A stretch of DNA of 64,000 nucleotides from Endomicrobiales bacterium (GCA_963794945.1 CAWCFT010000002.1:32001-96000); one strand, 5' to 3'. Numbered from the stretch's first letter, positions 43,936 through 52,644 are shown. Notes: a model not told the origin generated them from the letters alone. A program made the numbers and translations.

Positions 43936-44977
43936 ATGTCATCTTATCTTATCACCGGCGGAGCCGGATTTCTGGGCATCAACCTTGTGAGGTACCTTCT
44001 TGCGAGGGGCCATTCCGTAGTTACTCTTGATATCGCGGCGTTCGACTACCCCGACGTCAAAGACAAAATTAAGATCATCACCGGGGACATAAGGGACAAG
44101 GCGGCGGTAGAGGCCGCGATGCAGGGCGTCGATATCGTGATCCACACGGCCGCGGCGCTGCCGCTTTACACAAAAGAAGATATTTACACGACAGACGTCG
44201 TGGGCACAAAGAACGTGATAGACTCGGCTTTTGACCATAAAGTTCAGCGGTTCATACAGATATCGTCTACCGCGGTTTACGGCATACCCGACCACCACCC
44301 CCTGCTTGAAGACGACAAGCTTGAAGGCGTCGGCCCTTACGGGCAGGCGAAGATAGACGCGGAAGCGGTGTGCCTAGAGTACAGGAAAAAAGGCATGTGC
44401 GTACCGATAATCCGCCCAAAATCGTTCATCGGGCCGGAAAGGCTCGGCGTTTTTGCCCTGTTTTATGACTGGGCTAAAGACGGCAGGGGCTTTCCTATGA
44501 TAGGAAGCGGCAACAACCGCTACCAGCTTCTTGATGTTGAAGACCTGTGCGATGCTATTTATCTCACCGCCACGCTTGACAAACAGAACCGTCAACGATA
44601 CGTTCAACATAGGCGCCACGGATTTCACGACCATGAAAGAGGATTATCAGGCCGTACTTGACGAGGCCGGCTTCGGAAAGAAAGTAACCGGCTTTCCGGC
44701 CGCTCCCCTTATAATTACGCTGAGGATCCTAGAATTCTTCAAACTTTCGCCTCTTTACAAATGGGTTTACGAAACGGCCTCAAAAGATTCATTTGTTTCA
44801 ACGCAAAAAGCTGAAAAGCTTCTTGGCTTCAAGCCGAAATTCTCGAACAAGGACGCTTTGGTCCGCAACTTCAAATGGTACATTAAAAATTTGGCCCATT
44901 TTAAAAATACCAGCGGAGTATCCCACAGGGTGCCGTGGAAACAGGGGATACTGGGTCTGGCGAAGGTATTCTTTTAA
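43936..44977 (+). CDS. NAD-dependent epimerase/dehydratase, frameshift near 44590
   Basis: 'ITGGAGFLG', 'SSTAVYG', 'YGQAK'; continues as 'NDTFNIG' in another frame. Confidence 0.88.
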
Positions 44978-45028
44978 CTCCCGCGATTAATGCTTTATAA
45001 TTTCTTCAAAGATATTTGGTAGGGCGGG

Positions 45029-45192
45029 AAGATAATTTCGAAATCCCAATATCGAAATCCTAAACAATATCAAATAACCAAAACTGCAAAACAACAAATA
45101 GAGGCCAGGCGCGAATAAGTTGAATTTCTTTGATCATTAGAGTTTTTCTATTTGCAGTTTTTTTCGATATTCGTGTTTCGGATTTCGGATTT
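45029..45192. repeat. ~165-bp long-hairpin intergenic repeat, copy 2
   Basis: Homologous to 38862-39026 ('aactgcaaaac', 'ttgaatttcttt', 'ttcgtg.ttcggattt'). Confidence 0.75.
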
Positions 45193-45283
45193 ATTATAAG
45201 CAGCGAATAAAGTCAAATAAATGCTCATTTAATAGAATACAGGTACAGTTTAATATTGCCGATTAATCAATAAGGAGGGGCAG

Positions 45284-46714
45284 ATGATATCTTTGACAAA
45301 GTATCAGATGCTGGATGCGGAGCTTTCGCAAATTGAGGGAGAAGACAGGCAGTTCCAGTGCAGGCAGGTCAGCGACGCCGATGTCAAGGCAATGGCTGAA
45401 ACGCTTAAAAAAGAGAAGCAGAAGGTGCCGATTTACCTGCTGCGGCGCAGGAACGGCAAATTGCAAATATTGTGCGGGTTTACCAGATATCTTGCGGCAA
45501 AACTGTTGGGCTGGGCAACAATAGTCGCTATAATTATCCCTGAAGAAGACTTTGAGAACGAAAATGAGATATATAAGTTCGGGGTAATAGAGAACGGCAA
45601 GCGCAAGCCGTTAAGTAATGCGGACAAGGGGAATATTTGCAAAAGTATGAGCGCAAGGGGCATGAACAACGTTGAAATTGGGGAATGTTTAGGCATAAGC
45701 GAAAAACAGGTGCGCAGGTATTTAAAGATAGCCAATGCCCCGGCTGAAGTGCAAAAAGGCATGAGCGACAATAGTGTTCCGCTTAGGGCAATAGACAATA
45801 TTGACCCGGCAACCGGCCAGCTCGGCACGCGTGCCGAGCAAATTGTGGATAACCCCAATTCACGCGTAAAATCAGTGAAAAACGGGTTTGACGCAACCCT
45901 GAAATTCCGGCTTGGGCGCGATGGGGCGGATTTGATCAAGAAGTTTAAGGCCAATATAGATGAGGCGTTTAAAGAAGCGCAAAAACCACAACCAGTGTCT
46001 CGGGCCAGCCATGGCGGGCTTGACCCGGCGGCTGTAAAGGCCGCAAAGGCCACGCTCAAGGCCGACAAGATTGAGGCAGACGGGATTGAAGCGGAGATCA
46101 AGCTCGGGCAGGCCGCGGTCAAGAATGCTGAAAAGGGTAAGCTCGATTCGTCCGCCATGAAACAGCAGTTACAGGAAAAGATAGATAAGCTTAAAGCGCT
46201 GAAACTCAAGATCAAAGAAGCAGAGAAGTTTTTGAAACCCGCCTCTGCTAAACCCAAAAAACCCACTATTCAACAAGCCCCAGGCCGATCATCCCAACCC
46301 CAAGTGTCATCCCAGTCCAATGTGTCATCTCCATCAAATATGTCATCTCGACCGCAGGGAGAGATCTTACCATTAGGCAATAACTCCGCTGTCGGTTTTG
46401 ACCTGATAGAATTGAAGCTGTCTTTCGACCCGTCAAAACCGCCCGCGGAAAAGCTAACCGAAATAAGCCTCACACTTAATGAATCCAAACCAATATATGC
46501 AACGGCGCAGGTTATGGGAAACCCAGTTCCGCTGGACAAAAGCAATAAAGAAATAAAGTGGCATGGCGACGGCGTTGAAGTAACGCCAAACTGGGGCCCG
46601 GAGGTAACCATAAAACTGCCCGCGCCGCTTGCCCAGCCCGGCAAGCTGACAGTCTCCTGCCGGATGCCAAACGGCAAAGACATTGAAGCAAGCGCGGTTG
46701 TAAAACAATCCTGA
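45284..46714 (+). CDS. Orphan ParB/Spo0J-like protein with HTH, coiled coil, low-complexity linker and beta-rich C-terminus
   Basis: ParB-N-like 'Q..PI.L......QILCGFTRY.AA..LGW', 'IENGKRKPLS', HTH 'NNVEIGECLGISEKQVRRYL'; AAGGAGG RBS; no parA nearby. Confidence 0.75.
   Translation: MISLTKYQMLDAELSQIEGEDRQFQCRQVSDADVKAMAETLKKEKQKVPIYLLRRRNGKLQILCGFTRYLAAKLLGWATIVAIIIPEEDFENENEIYKFGVIENGKRKPLSNADKGNICKSMSARGMNNVEIGECLGISEKQVRRYLKIANAPAEVQKGMSDNSVPLRAIDNIDPATGQLGTRAEQIVDNPNSRVKSVKNGFDATLKFRLGRDGADLIKKFKANIDEAFKEAQKPQPVSRASHGGLDPAAVKAAKATLKADKIEADGIEAEIKLGQAAVKNAEKGKLDSSAMKQQLQEKIDKLKALKLKIKEAEKFLKPASAKPKKPTIQQAPGRSSQPQVSSQSNVSSPSNMSSRPQGEILPLGNNSAVGFDLIELKLSFDPSKPPAEKLTEISLTLNESKPIYATAQVMGNPVPLDKSNKEIKWHGDGVEVTPNWGPEVTIKLPAPLAQPGKLTVSCRMPNGKDIEASAVVKQS
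45820..45839. repeat. Perfect 20-bp palindrome inside the parB-like gene (candidate parS-like site)
   Basis: GCTCGGCACGCGTGCCGAGC equals its own reverse complement. Confidence 0.6.
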
Positions 46715-46871
46715 GCCCGTGGTCCCTAAGCAGGCAAAGGCCGTAATAGCATGGGATTGTGACAATTGATACAATATGAGTCAAAAAGTTAGAAAAGGGT
46801 GTGGTATGAATCAATAGGTGACCCCATTGAATGCTGGGAGCCTATCTGAGAATCAAGGTTTTGGGATGTAT

Positions 46872-46900
46872 TTGACTTACATTTATTAGCAAAGTATAAT
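46872..46900 (+). promoter_or_regulatory. Near-consensus sigma70 promoter for the ATPase/TOPRIM operon
   Basis: TTGACT(46872-77)-N17-TATAAT(46895-900). Confidence 0.7.
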
Positions 46901-47018
46901 AATATCCATTAATACTTGTCAGGTTGTTTATTTTCATAAAGACTGATGCTAAGAAAAAAGCTTATAAACAGTATTTTTTAATGATATTTTATATTTAGAA
47001 AAACAAGAGAGGTGCGAA

Positions 47019-48125
47019 ATGCTTAAATCTTTTAAGGTGGAAAATTTCAAATGTTTTAAAAATCTTGCGCTTGATGATTTTAGTCGTTTTAATATTATTG
47101 TGGGGAAAAATGCTGCGGGCAAAACTACTTTGCTCGAAGCGATCAAGATAATGCTTGATGGAGCTCCAGGATCTCTACCCTGGCTGAATAGTTTTCGCAA
47201 TATTCCCATTTTTATTCCACAAAATCCTACAGCAGAACAATTCCGGCAACAATTTACCGGATTCTTTCACGGATTCCACCATGAGATACCAATAAAAATG
47301 CATACCGTGGACTTCAACAACAGAAATGCGGCATTATCTATTTATTTTGACCCTAAGAAAGCTATTAGCATTCAGCCGAAAATTGGTTTTCAACAGTCAG
47401 CATCAGTTCCACAGCCAGACACATCATCGGTTTCACCGACAACAGTGGTGCCATTAGCATTTGATAGAATGGATTTTGAAGGTCATAGGGATATACCTCT
47501 TATCACTATCCAACCTGGCGGTCAAGTATTCTATCAACAAGGAAAATCAATGGGAATTTCTTCTGGTTTTATAACAGGCACATATATTGGATATCCCTCT
47601 GAAAATGCTACTTGGCTATCAACATTGAGCGTGCAAAAACGCAGCAAAGATGTCATAGAGGCATTACGTCAACATTTTTCATTTATAGAAAATGTAACGG
47701 TAGAAGCACCGTTTCAAGGACTCCCTCCACTTGTATACGCTGATATAAAAAATATTCCCGAGAAACTACCACTGTTTGCAGTTTCAGCAGGAATTAGCAG
47801 AATTTTTACGTTTATAGTAGCAGTAGTTACGTATGGCAAAGGAGTTTTACTAATAGATGAAATTGAAAATGGAATTTTTAACGATCAATATCAGCTTGTT
47901 TGGAAAAGCTTAATTGACCTCGCCCGGCAAAATAACACTCAATTATTTGTTAGTACGCATAGTAATGAATGTTTGCGAGCCATACTTCCCATAATGAAGG
48001 ACAACGAGGATGATTTTACGTTTCTTCGCGCTGAACATCAAAACGGAAATTCAAGTATTTCCCGATTTGACGGAAAGGAGATGGAAGCAGCTTTAGCCAA
48101 TGGAGCAGAGATACGATCGGCTTAG
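47019..48125 (+). CDS. ABC-type ATPase (AAA_15/AAA_21, AbiEii/OLD/AriA-like)
   Basis: 'FKVENFKCF', Walker A 'GKNAAGKT', signature 'VSAG', Walker B 'LLIDEIENG', 'STHS'. Confidence 0.85.
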   Translation: MLKSFKVENFKCFKNLALDDFSRFNIIVGKNAAGKTTLLEAIKIMLDGAPGSLPWLNSFRNIPIFIPQNPTAEQFRQQFTGFFHGFHHEIPIKMHTVDFNNRNAALSIYFDPKKAISIQPKIGFQQSASVPQPDTSSVSPTTVVPLAFDRMDFEGHRDIPLITIQPGGQVFYQQGKSMGISSGFITGTYIGYPSENATWLSTLSVQKRSKDVIEALRQHFSFIENVTVEAPFQGLPPLVYADIKNIPEKLPLFAVSAGISRIFTFIVAVVTYGKGVLLIDEIENGIFNDQYQLVWKSLIDLARQNNTQLFVSTHSNECLRAILPIMKDNEDDFTFLRAEHQNGNSSISRFDGKEMEAALANGAEIRSA

Positions 48126-48137
48126 AGGTGTGTAATA

Positions 48138-48791
48138 ATGGACAATTTTGAGTTTACTAAATCACACTTTTTAATGTGCGAAGGCGATGACGATAAGGGA
48201 TTTCTGGAGACTCTCATTAAAGAGCGTGGCTTACCTGATTTCCAAGTTTGTCATGCAGCGGAATGTAATGATAAAAATACGGGGGGAAGACCTGGTTTTG
48301 AACATTCTCTTGCCGGTTTCTCGATCATTAAAGGTTTCGCATATGTAAAAGCAATACTTATTGTTTCGGATAATGACACGCCTGCTTCATTCAACGAAGT
48401 CTGTAGTGCACTGACTAATAATAACTATACTGCACCAAGCACACCTAATTCAGTTGGATCAATTAAAACAAAACCAGTGGCAATTCTTATGATTCCACGT
48501 AATAAGAATGGAGATTTAGAAACGCTGTGTCTTCCGTCAATTCATGAAAAGTGGCCAAAGTCATCAGAATGCGTCACGTCCTTTCTTAGATGTACAGGAG
48601 CCGATCAGTGGCAAAAATCTTCTAGTGTTAATAAGGCTCGCGCAAGAGCTGCGACAGTCGGATTCAATGAAGAAGACCCATTTAGAGGAATAGGCCATCT
48701 GTTCAGGCGCGGCACGCTTTCTAGTAAAAATGCCTGCTTTGATGAAGTTGCAGAATTTCTCAAAAATTTCGATAAAATGTGTAATATATAG
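48138..48791 (+). CDS. TOPRIM-fold protein (DUF3226-like)
   Basis: 'LMCEGDDD' (TOPRIM Glu), 'VSDND' (DxD), 'GDLETLC'; 12 nt after the ATPase. Confidence 0.7.
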   Translation: MDNFEFTKSHFLMCEGDDDKGFLETLIKERGLPDFQVCHAAECNDKNTGGRPGFEHSLAGFSIIKGFAYVKAILIVSDNDTPASFNEVCSALTNNNYTAPSTPNSVGSIKTKPVAILMIPRNKNGDLETLCLPSIHEKWPKSSECVTSFLRCTGADQWQKSSSVNKARARAATVGFNEEDPFRGIGHLFRRGTLSSKNACFDEVAEFLKNFDKMCNI

Positions 48792-48939
48792 TTTATAAAT
48801 CCCACAGAAAAACCTATTTATAAATACCTTCTAAGATATATTTTATATTCACAACGCATAAATAAACAGAAAATGTTGTTCAGTGTTCTGTAACTAAACA
48901 AATGGTGTCACCTATGAAAGAAAAAGTCAAGGTGACAAA

Positions 48940-49150
48940 AAGTATCTCCGCAGTAGTTTCTAACTACTGATCTGTTCTGTTAAACAAGTTCTTTGGCCGT
49001 TCGCCCGCTTTGTATCGTAAGAAGCTCCGAAAATATCCGGACTTCAGTCACCTATTGGCAGCTCTGCACTTGGCGGACTGCATGATAGAATCGGGCGACG
49101 CCCCTCCGCTAATCAGACTTGTTGAAGCTGTCAGCCTTGCGGCGGACACT
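48940..49150 (-). ncRNA. Candidate bridge/seek RNA in the 3' non-coding end of the IS1111-type element
   Basis: Several hairpins (GCC-GCAA-GGC; GAAGTCCGGA/TTCGGAGCTTC; CAGTAGTT/AACTACTG) plus segments matching the reconstructed target (CAAGTCTGA) and donor (ATAGGTGA). Boundaries approximate. Confidence 0.65.
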
Positions 49151-50177
49151 TCAGGCACCATTGAGCGCGAGGGACGCCGTAGTCCGTATATAATATGGCC
49201 GCTTATCTTTCAAAACTCGATACACAATTTTCAATAAATCTCTGGCAAGAGCCACTCGCGCCACGTTGGGCGCTTTCCGTTTGGCTATAGCTTCATACTT
49301 TTCTGTTCGTTCAACGCTGCTCTTTGAAAAATGGTGAACTGCCTCAATCAATATCCACTGTAGGTGTTTACGCCGATTCTTATTTAAAGAACCGTGATAT
49401 TCTTTGTCGGCGCTCTGGAATGTTCTCGGTGCAAGGCCTGCGTACGCGCAGAGGCGGTTAAATGTTGTAAAACGGCTAATATCGCCTATCTCGCTTTTAA
49501 TAAGCAATGCACTAAAACTGCCGATCCCAGGAATACTTTCAAGATTCCGTGCGTCGGGATCACTTTCGGCTATTGCATGTAGTTGCCACCCGATACGGTT
49601 TTCACGCGCATTCAAAGCGCCTATTTGCTCAATCCAGTTTTCTGCGGCAATCCGGCACGGTTCAGATAATTTGTTCACCGCAATACCGTTCAATTGCTTC
49701 ATTGAAGTATAGTCACCCGTTGACATCTGTCCATGGCGATCAAGAAGTGACTTTAACCGTGCTGTGTTCCGCGTTCGTTCACTGACAATGCTCATCCGGC
49801 AATGCAACAGTTCTTTAATAGCTCGTATCTTCTTGTCTGGCAGCTCTACTGTAGGTAAATAGCCCTTACGGAGCACATCGGCTATAAGCCGGGCATCTAT
49901 CTTGTTCTGTTTTCTTGTTTCGTTTTGCAAATGCTTTCAGCTCGTACGAATTCGCAAGATACACCTTGTAAGCATATTCTTCGGCGAGATCAACGAAATA
50001 GTACCAATTGTAAGTCGTTTCAACTGCAAGTGTAAATGGTCGTGGGAGCGTTTTATAATATGATCGCAACACTTCTGGCAAATTTGCTATACTCTGGCTG
50101 TCAATCCGTTTGCCCTGCTCGTTCGTCACGTAAAACCAAGAACGCTCTTTGTGCAAGTCTACACCAACATAATTCAT
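49151..50177 (-). CDS. IS110-family DEDD transposase/recombinase, one +1 frameshift near 49905
   Basis: 'YVGVDLHK', 'AVETTYNW', 'KKT(D)KIDA' restored by removing one base, 'IPGIG...EIGDISRF...YAGL.P...QS', 'VALAR.L'. Confidence 0.92.
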
Positions 50178-50436
50178 GGCAACCTCCTCGTTTTGTCTTA
50201 TTGCTCGATACAATAAGTTTAACAAAACTAGATGGAGGTTGCTTTCATATTATCAGGCTTGACTTATTGAACTAAAAAGATTTTGACAAAATCTATAAAT
50301 TGACTCAATGAATAAAAACAGCGGCGATCCTGACTAAGTGATTTAAAGGACGTAAAGGATAATAGTTAGTGAAGCCGAGACAGCATTTTATAATGTCTAT
50401 AAATGAATGGTTTGATTCCGTAATCTCAAGGATACA

Positions 50437-50916
50437 ATGTTTAACTCAATTAAAAGCATCATGGGTTTTTTGGCTGGTGTTGCTATAACAGTAGGATTGT
50501 TGACTAGCCGCCACCTTATCCCGGGAGGTATCGGGTACGGCGCCGGTTACTTGTTAATGCCGTTTCAGATCATTTTTCTGATCATAGGCGGGCTGATAGT
50601 ACTGTCGGCTACATTATGGGCAGCCGGAAAATTGCTCAACGGCGCGGTTACCTGGAAAGAACCGCGCGTCATTATAGCGGCCCTTTCAATCGCGTTCATT
50701 GCGAACGCCCTCTTTATCGCCCTGGTTGATCTGTTCGCCTTAAAAAGCGGGCCGAGGTCATTGATAGCCTTGCTTGGGGTGCCGGTCATTTACGGCAACC
50801 TTTCAGCTGTCCTTTGTAAAACAAGCCTTAAAACCGCCATGCTCAACATCTTCGCCGGCGCGCTTGCCACGATGGGCGCAGGTTTCATTATAACCGCGAT
50901 TATTCGCGGCTGGTAG
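50437..50916 (+). CDS. Hypothetical multi-TM membrane protein
   Basis: About 5 hydrophobic helices; AAGGA RBS. Confidence 0.7.
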   Translation: MFNSIKSIMGFLAGVAITVGLLTSRHLIPGGIGYGAGYLLMPFQIIFLIIGGLIVLSATLWAAGKLLNGAVTWKEPRVIIAALSIAFIANALFIALVDLFALKSGPRSLIALLGVPVIYGNLSAVLCKTSLKTAMLNIFAGALATMGAGFIITAIIRGW

Positions 50917-50948
50917 AAAATAGGCTAAAAGGCATAAAGGATAATGTT

Positions 50949-51383
50949 ATGAAAACATTTTATGCTATGGTATTGATGGTGTCGTTGGCAGCTGCGGGGG
51001 TTGCGCCTTTGGCGGGCGAGTCGGATGAAACGGATAAAGGCAAAACGGAGGAACAGAGCGCGGTTCCGGACAGCGCTGCCATTAGTTCACTGCTCAATAA
51101 CCTCGATAAGATCACGTATTCCAACGGCCAGGTTTTAGTTGACGGGAAGCCTCTCAATATAGGTTCGATCGGCGGCCTTTCAGACATTAAGATAACGGAA
51201 TCAGCAAACGGGCAAACTCTCGCGAACGGGCAGCCTCTCTCATACTATGTCAATATACTGCAGGCTAATTCCAGTTTGCTCGCGGCGTTTGTAAATAATT
51301 CTACCAGGGACGCGTATAACGCCTTGATGGCCCTTATCAGTTCAAAGAAGCAAAATGATAACAGCGCCGCCCAGCCTAAATGA
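50949..51383 (+). CDS. Hypothetical secreted protein
   Basis: Signal peptide; internal duplicate 'NGQ.L..G.PL'. Confidence 0.7.
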   Translation: MKTFYAMVLMVSLAAAGVAPLAGESDETDKGKTEEQSAVPDSAAISSLLNNLDKITYSNGQVLVDGKPLNIGSIGGLSDIKITESANGQTLANGQPLSYYVNILQANSSLLAAFVNNSTRDAYNALMALISSKKQNDNSAAQPK

Positions 51384-51439
51384 ATTTATTAATATAAGTG
51401 GGGCGGTTGCAATTAATTATATGGAGAAGGAGCTTATAA

Positions 51440-51946
51440 ATGAATCAAACCCCGGCAGAAGAAAATGTAAAACTCGCAAAGATATTTAACATTAAGGCAA
51501 CGTGGGCAGGCTTTTTGAAAGCCGGCGCGCTTGGGCCGGGTTCACCGGAAATGCCGACAAGCGGGACTTATGACAGTAAAACGATCGCGGACCGGTTCTG
51601 GTATGTTTGCGACATGGATATTGCATTTGGAGCCGGCAATAACAGCTTGCATTGGAAAGGGCATATGGCCGTTGGCTGGAACGAGATGAACAAAACTTAT
51701 AGCGCGGTTTTAGTTGATAATTTAGGGATATACCTGCCAATGACAGGTGAAATGAAAGGCGAGATTTTTATTCTTACTTCCACAATAGGCAACACTCTTA
51801 ACGGAAAAAAGACAAAGGCGCGTTTTACCTGGGATTTCTCTCAACAGGACAATATCCAGTTCACAAATGAGCACCAGGCCGATGACGGCCCCTGGCAGCT
51901 GTTCGAAGTGGAAACAATTAAACCCGTTTGGGAGTCAAAACTCTAA
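51440..51946 (+). CDS. DUF1579-like beta-barrel protein
   Basis: 'W.G...GP...G...W.G....GW', 'WQLF' pattern; RBS AGGAG. Confidence 0.6.
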   Translation: MNQTPAEENVKLAKIFNIKATWAGFLKAGALGPGSPEMPTSGTYDSKTIADRFWYVCDMDIAFGAGNNSLHWKGHMAVGWNEMNKTYSAVLVDNLGIYLPMTGEMKGEIFILTSTIGNTLNGKKTKARFTWDFSQQDNIQFTNEHQADDGPWQLFEVETIKPVWESKL

Positions 51947-52644
51947 TGTTTATGAAAACAATATTATTTATTGTCACGGTTGTTATATTTATATCCGGCT
52001 GTACGACGCTCAGGCGGCCTGTCACGGTGCCGAACGCATCAGGGATCGAACAGGACTTGAGGTATCAGGCAGTTGAAAAGGCGTGCGACCTTATCACGAA
52101 CAAGCACTCGAGACTCGAAGAAATTACAAAACTGATAATAATGAAAGAAAAAGAGATAGATAATTTCACCAAAAAGGACGCCAGCAATCACAGCAGCGGC
52201 CACAAATACATAATTGAAGTGCTTAGGGAATCGATAAGTGAGTTGACGAACGAAATGGAAATGAAAGCCCGCGTAACCCAAAACATTGAAAGCCTGGTGC
52301 AGAGGTTAAAACCCAACAAACTGTGCGTTGAGATACTGGGCGATTATGACAGGCAGTATATTTACCGTTATATAATAGAAAAGGAGCTCCGGAAGAATGA
52401 ATTGACCAATCTATCCGAAGAAAGAGATGCTGACTACAAACTGCGGGTGGTCTTAAAAAAAGACGGTGTAGACGCGCGGGATTATAATTGTTTGTGGCTG
52501 TACACAACCCACACACTGCAAGCGGAAGCGGACGTTGTATTTGAATTTATTGATATTAAGACTAACACAGTTATATTTACCGAAACAAATCACGGCTATG
52601 CCTCTTACAAGGAGAGCTATTTTGTCGGTATCGGGCCATTGTAA
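51946..52644 (+). CDS. Hypothetical lipoprotein
   Basis: Lipobox 'ISGC' after a hydrophobic stretch; coiled coil. Confidence 0.7.
   Translation: MFMKTILFIVTVVIFISGCTTLRRPVTVPNASGIEQDLRYQAVEKACDLITNKHSRLEEITKLIIMKEKEIDNFTKKDASNHSSGHKYIIEVLRESISELTNEMEMKARVTQNIESLVQRLKPNKLCVEILGDYDRQYIYRYIIEKELRKNELTNLSEERDADYKLRVVLKKDGVDARDYNCLWLYTTHTLQAEADVVFEFIDIKTNTVIFTETNHGYASYKESYFVGIGPL

Larger units (their letters stand above)
48908..50255 (-). mobile_element. IS110-family element, IS1111 subgroup, with both ends present
   Basis: IS110 transposase; sub-terminal inverted repeats TATGAAAGAAA (48913-23) / TTGCTTTCATA (50239-49), 10/11 match; shared TCA core at 48908-10 and 50253-55; long 3' non-coding end. 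Confidence 0.88.

Noticed and set aside
45433..46683. Long antisense ORFs (277 aa, 137 aa) opposite the parB-like gene
   Set aside because: Shadow frames with no recognisable motifs; the plus-strand gene has an RBS and domains.
49010..49237. 75-aa plus-strand ORF in the IS 3' end
   Set aside because: TTG start, no homology cues; the region is better explained as structured RNA on the opposite strand.
49890..49930. Programmed frameshift in the IS110 transposase
   Set aside because: IS110 transposases are normally single ORFs; the indel falls in the catalytic KTD motif and matches the window-wide indel noise.
45284..52644. Prophage or integrated plasmid
   Set aside because: No integrase, rep, parA, terminase or structural genes, and no att/tRNA site recognised.
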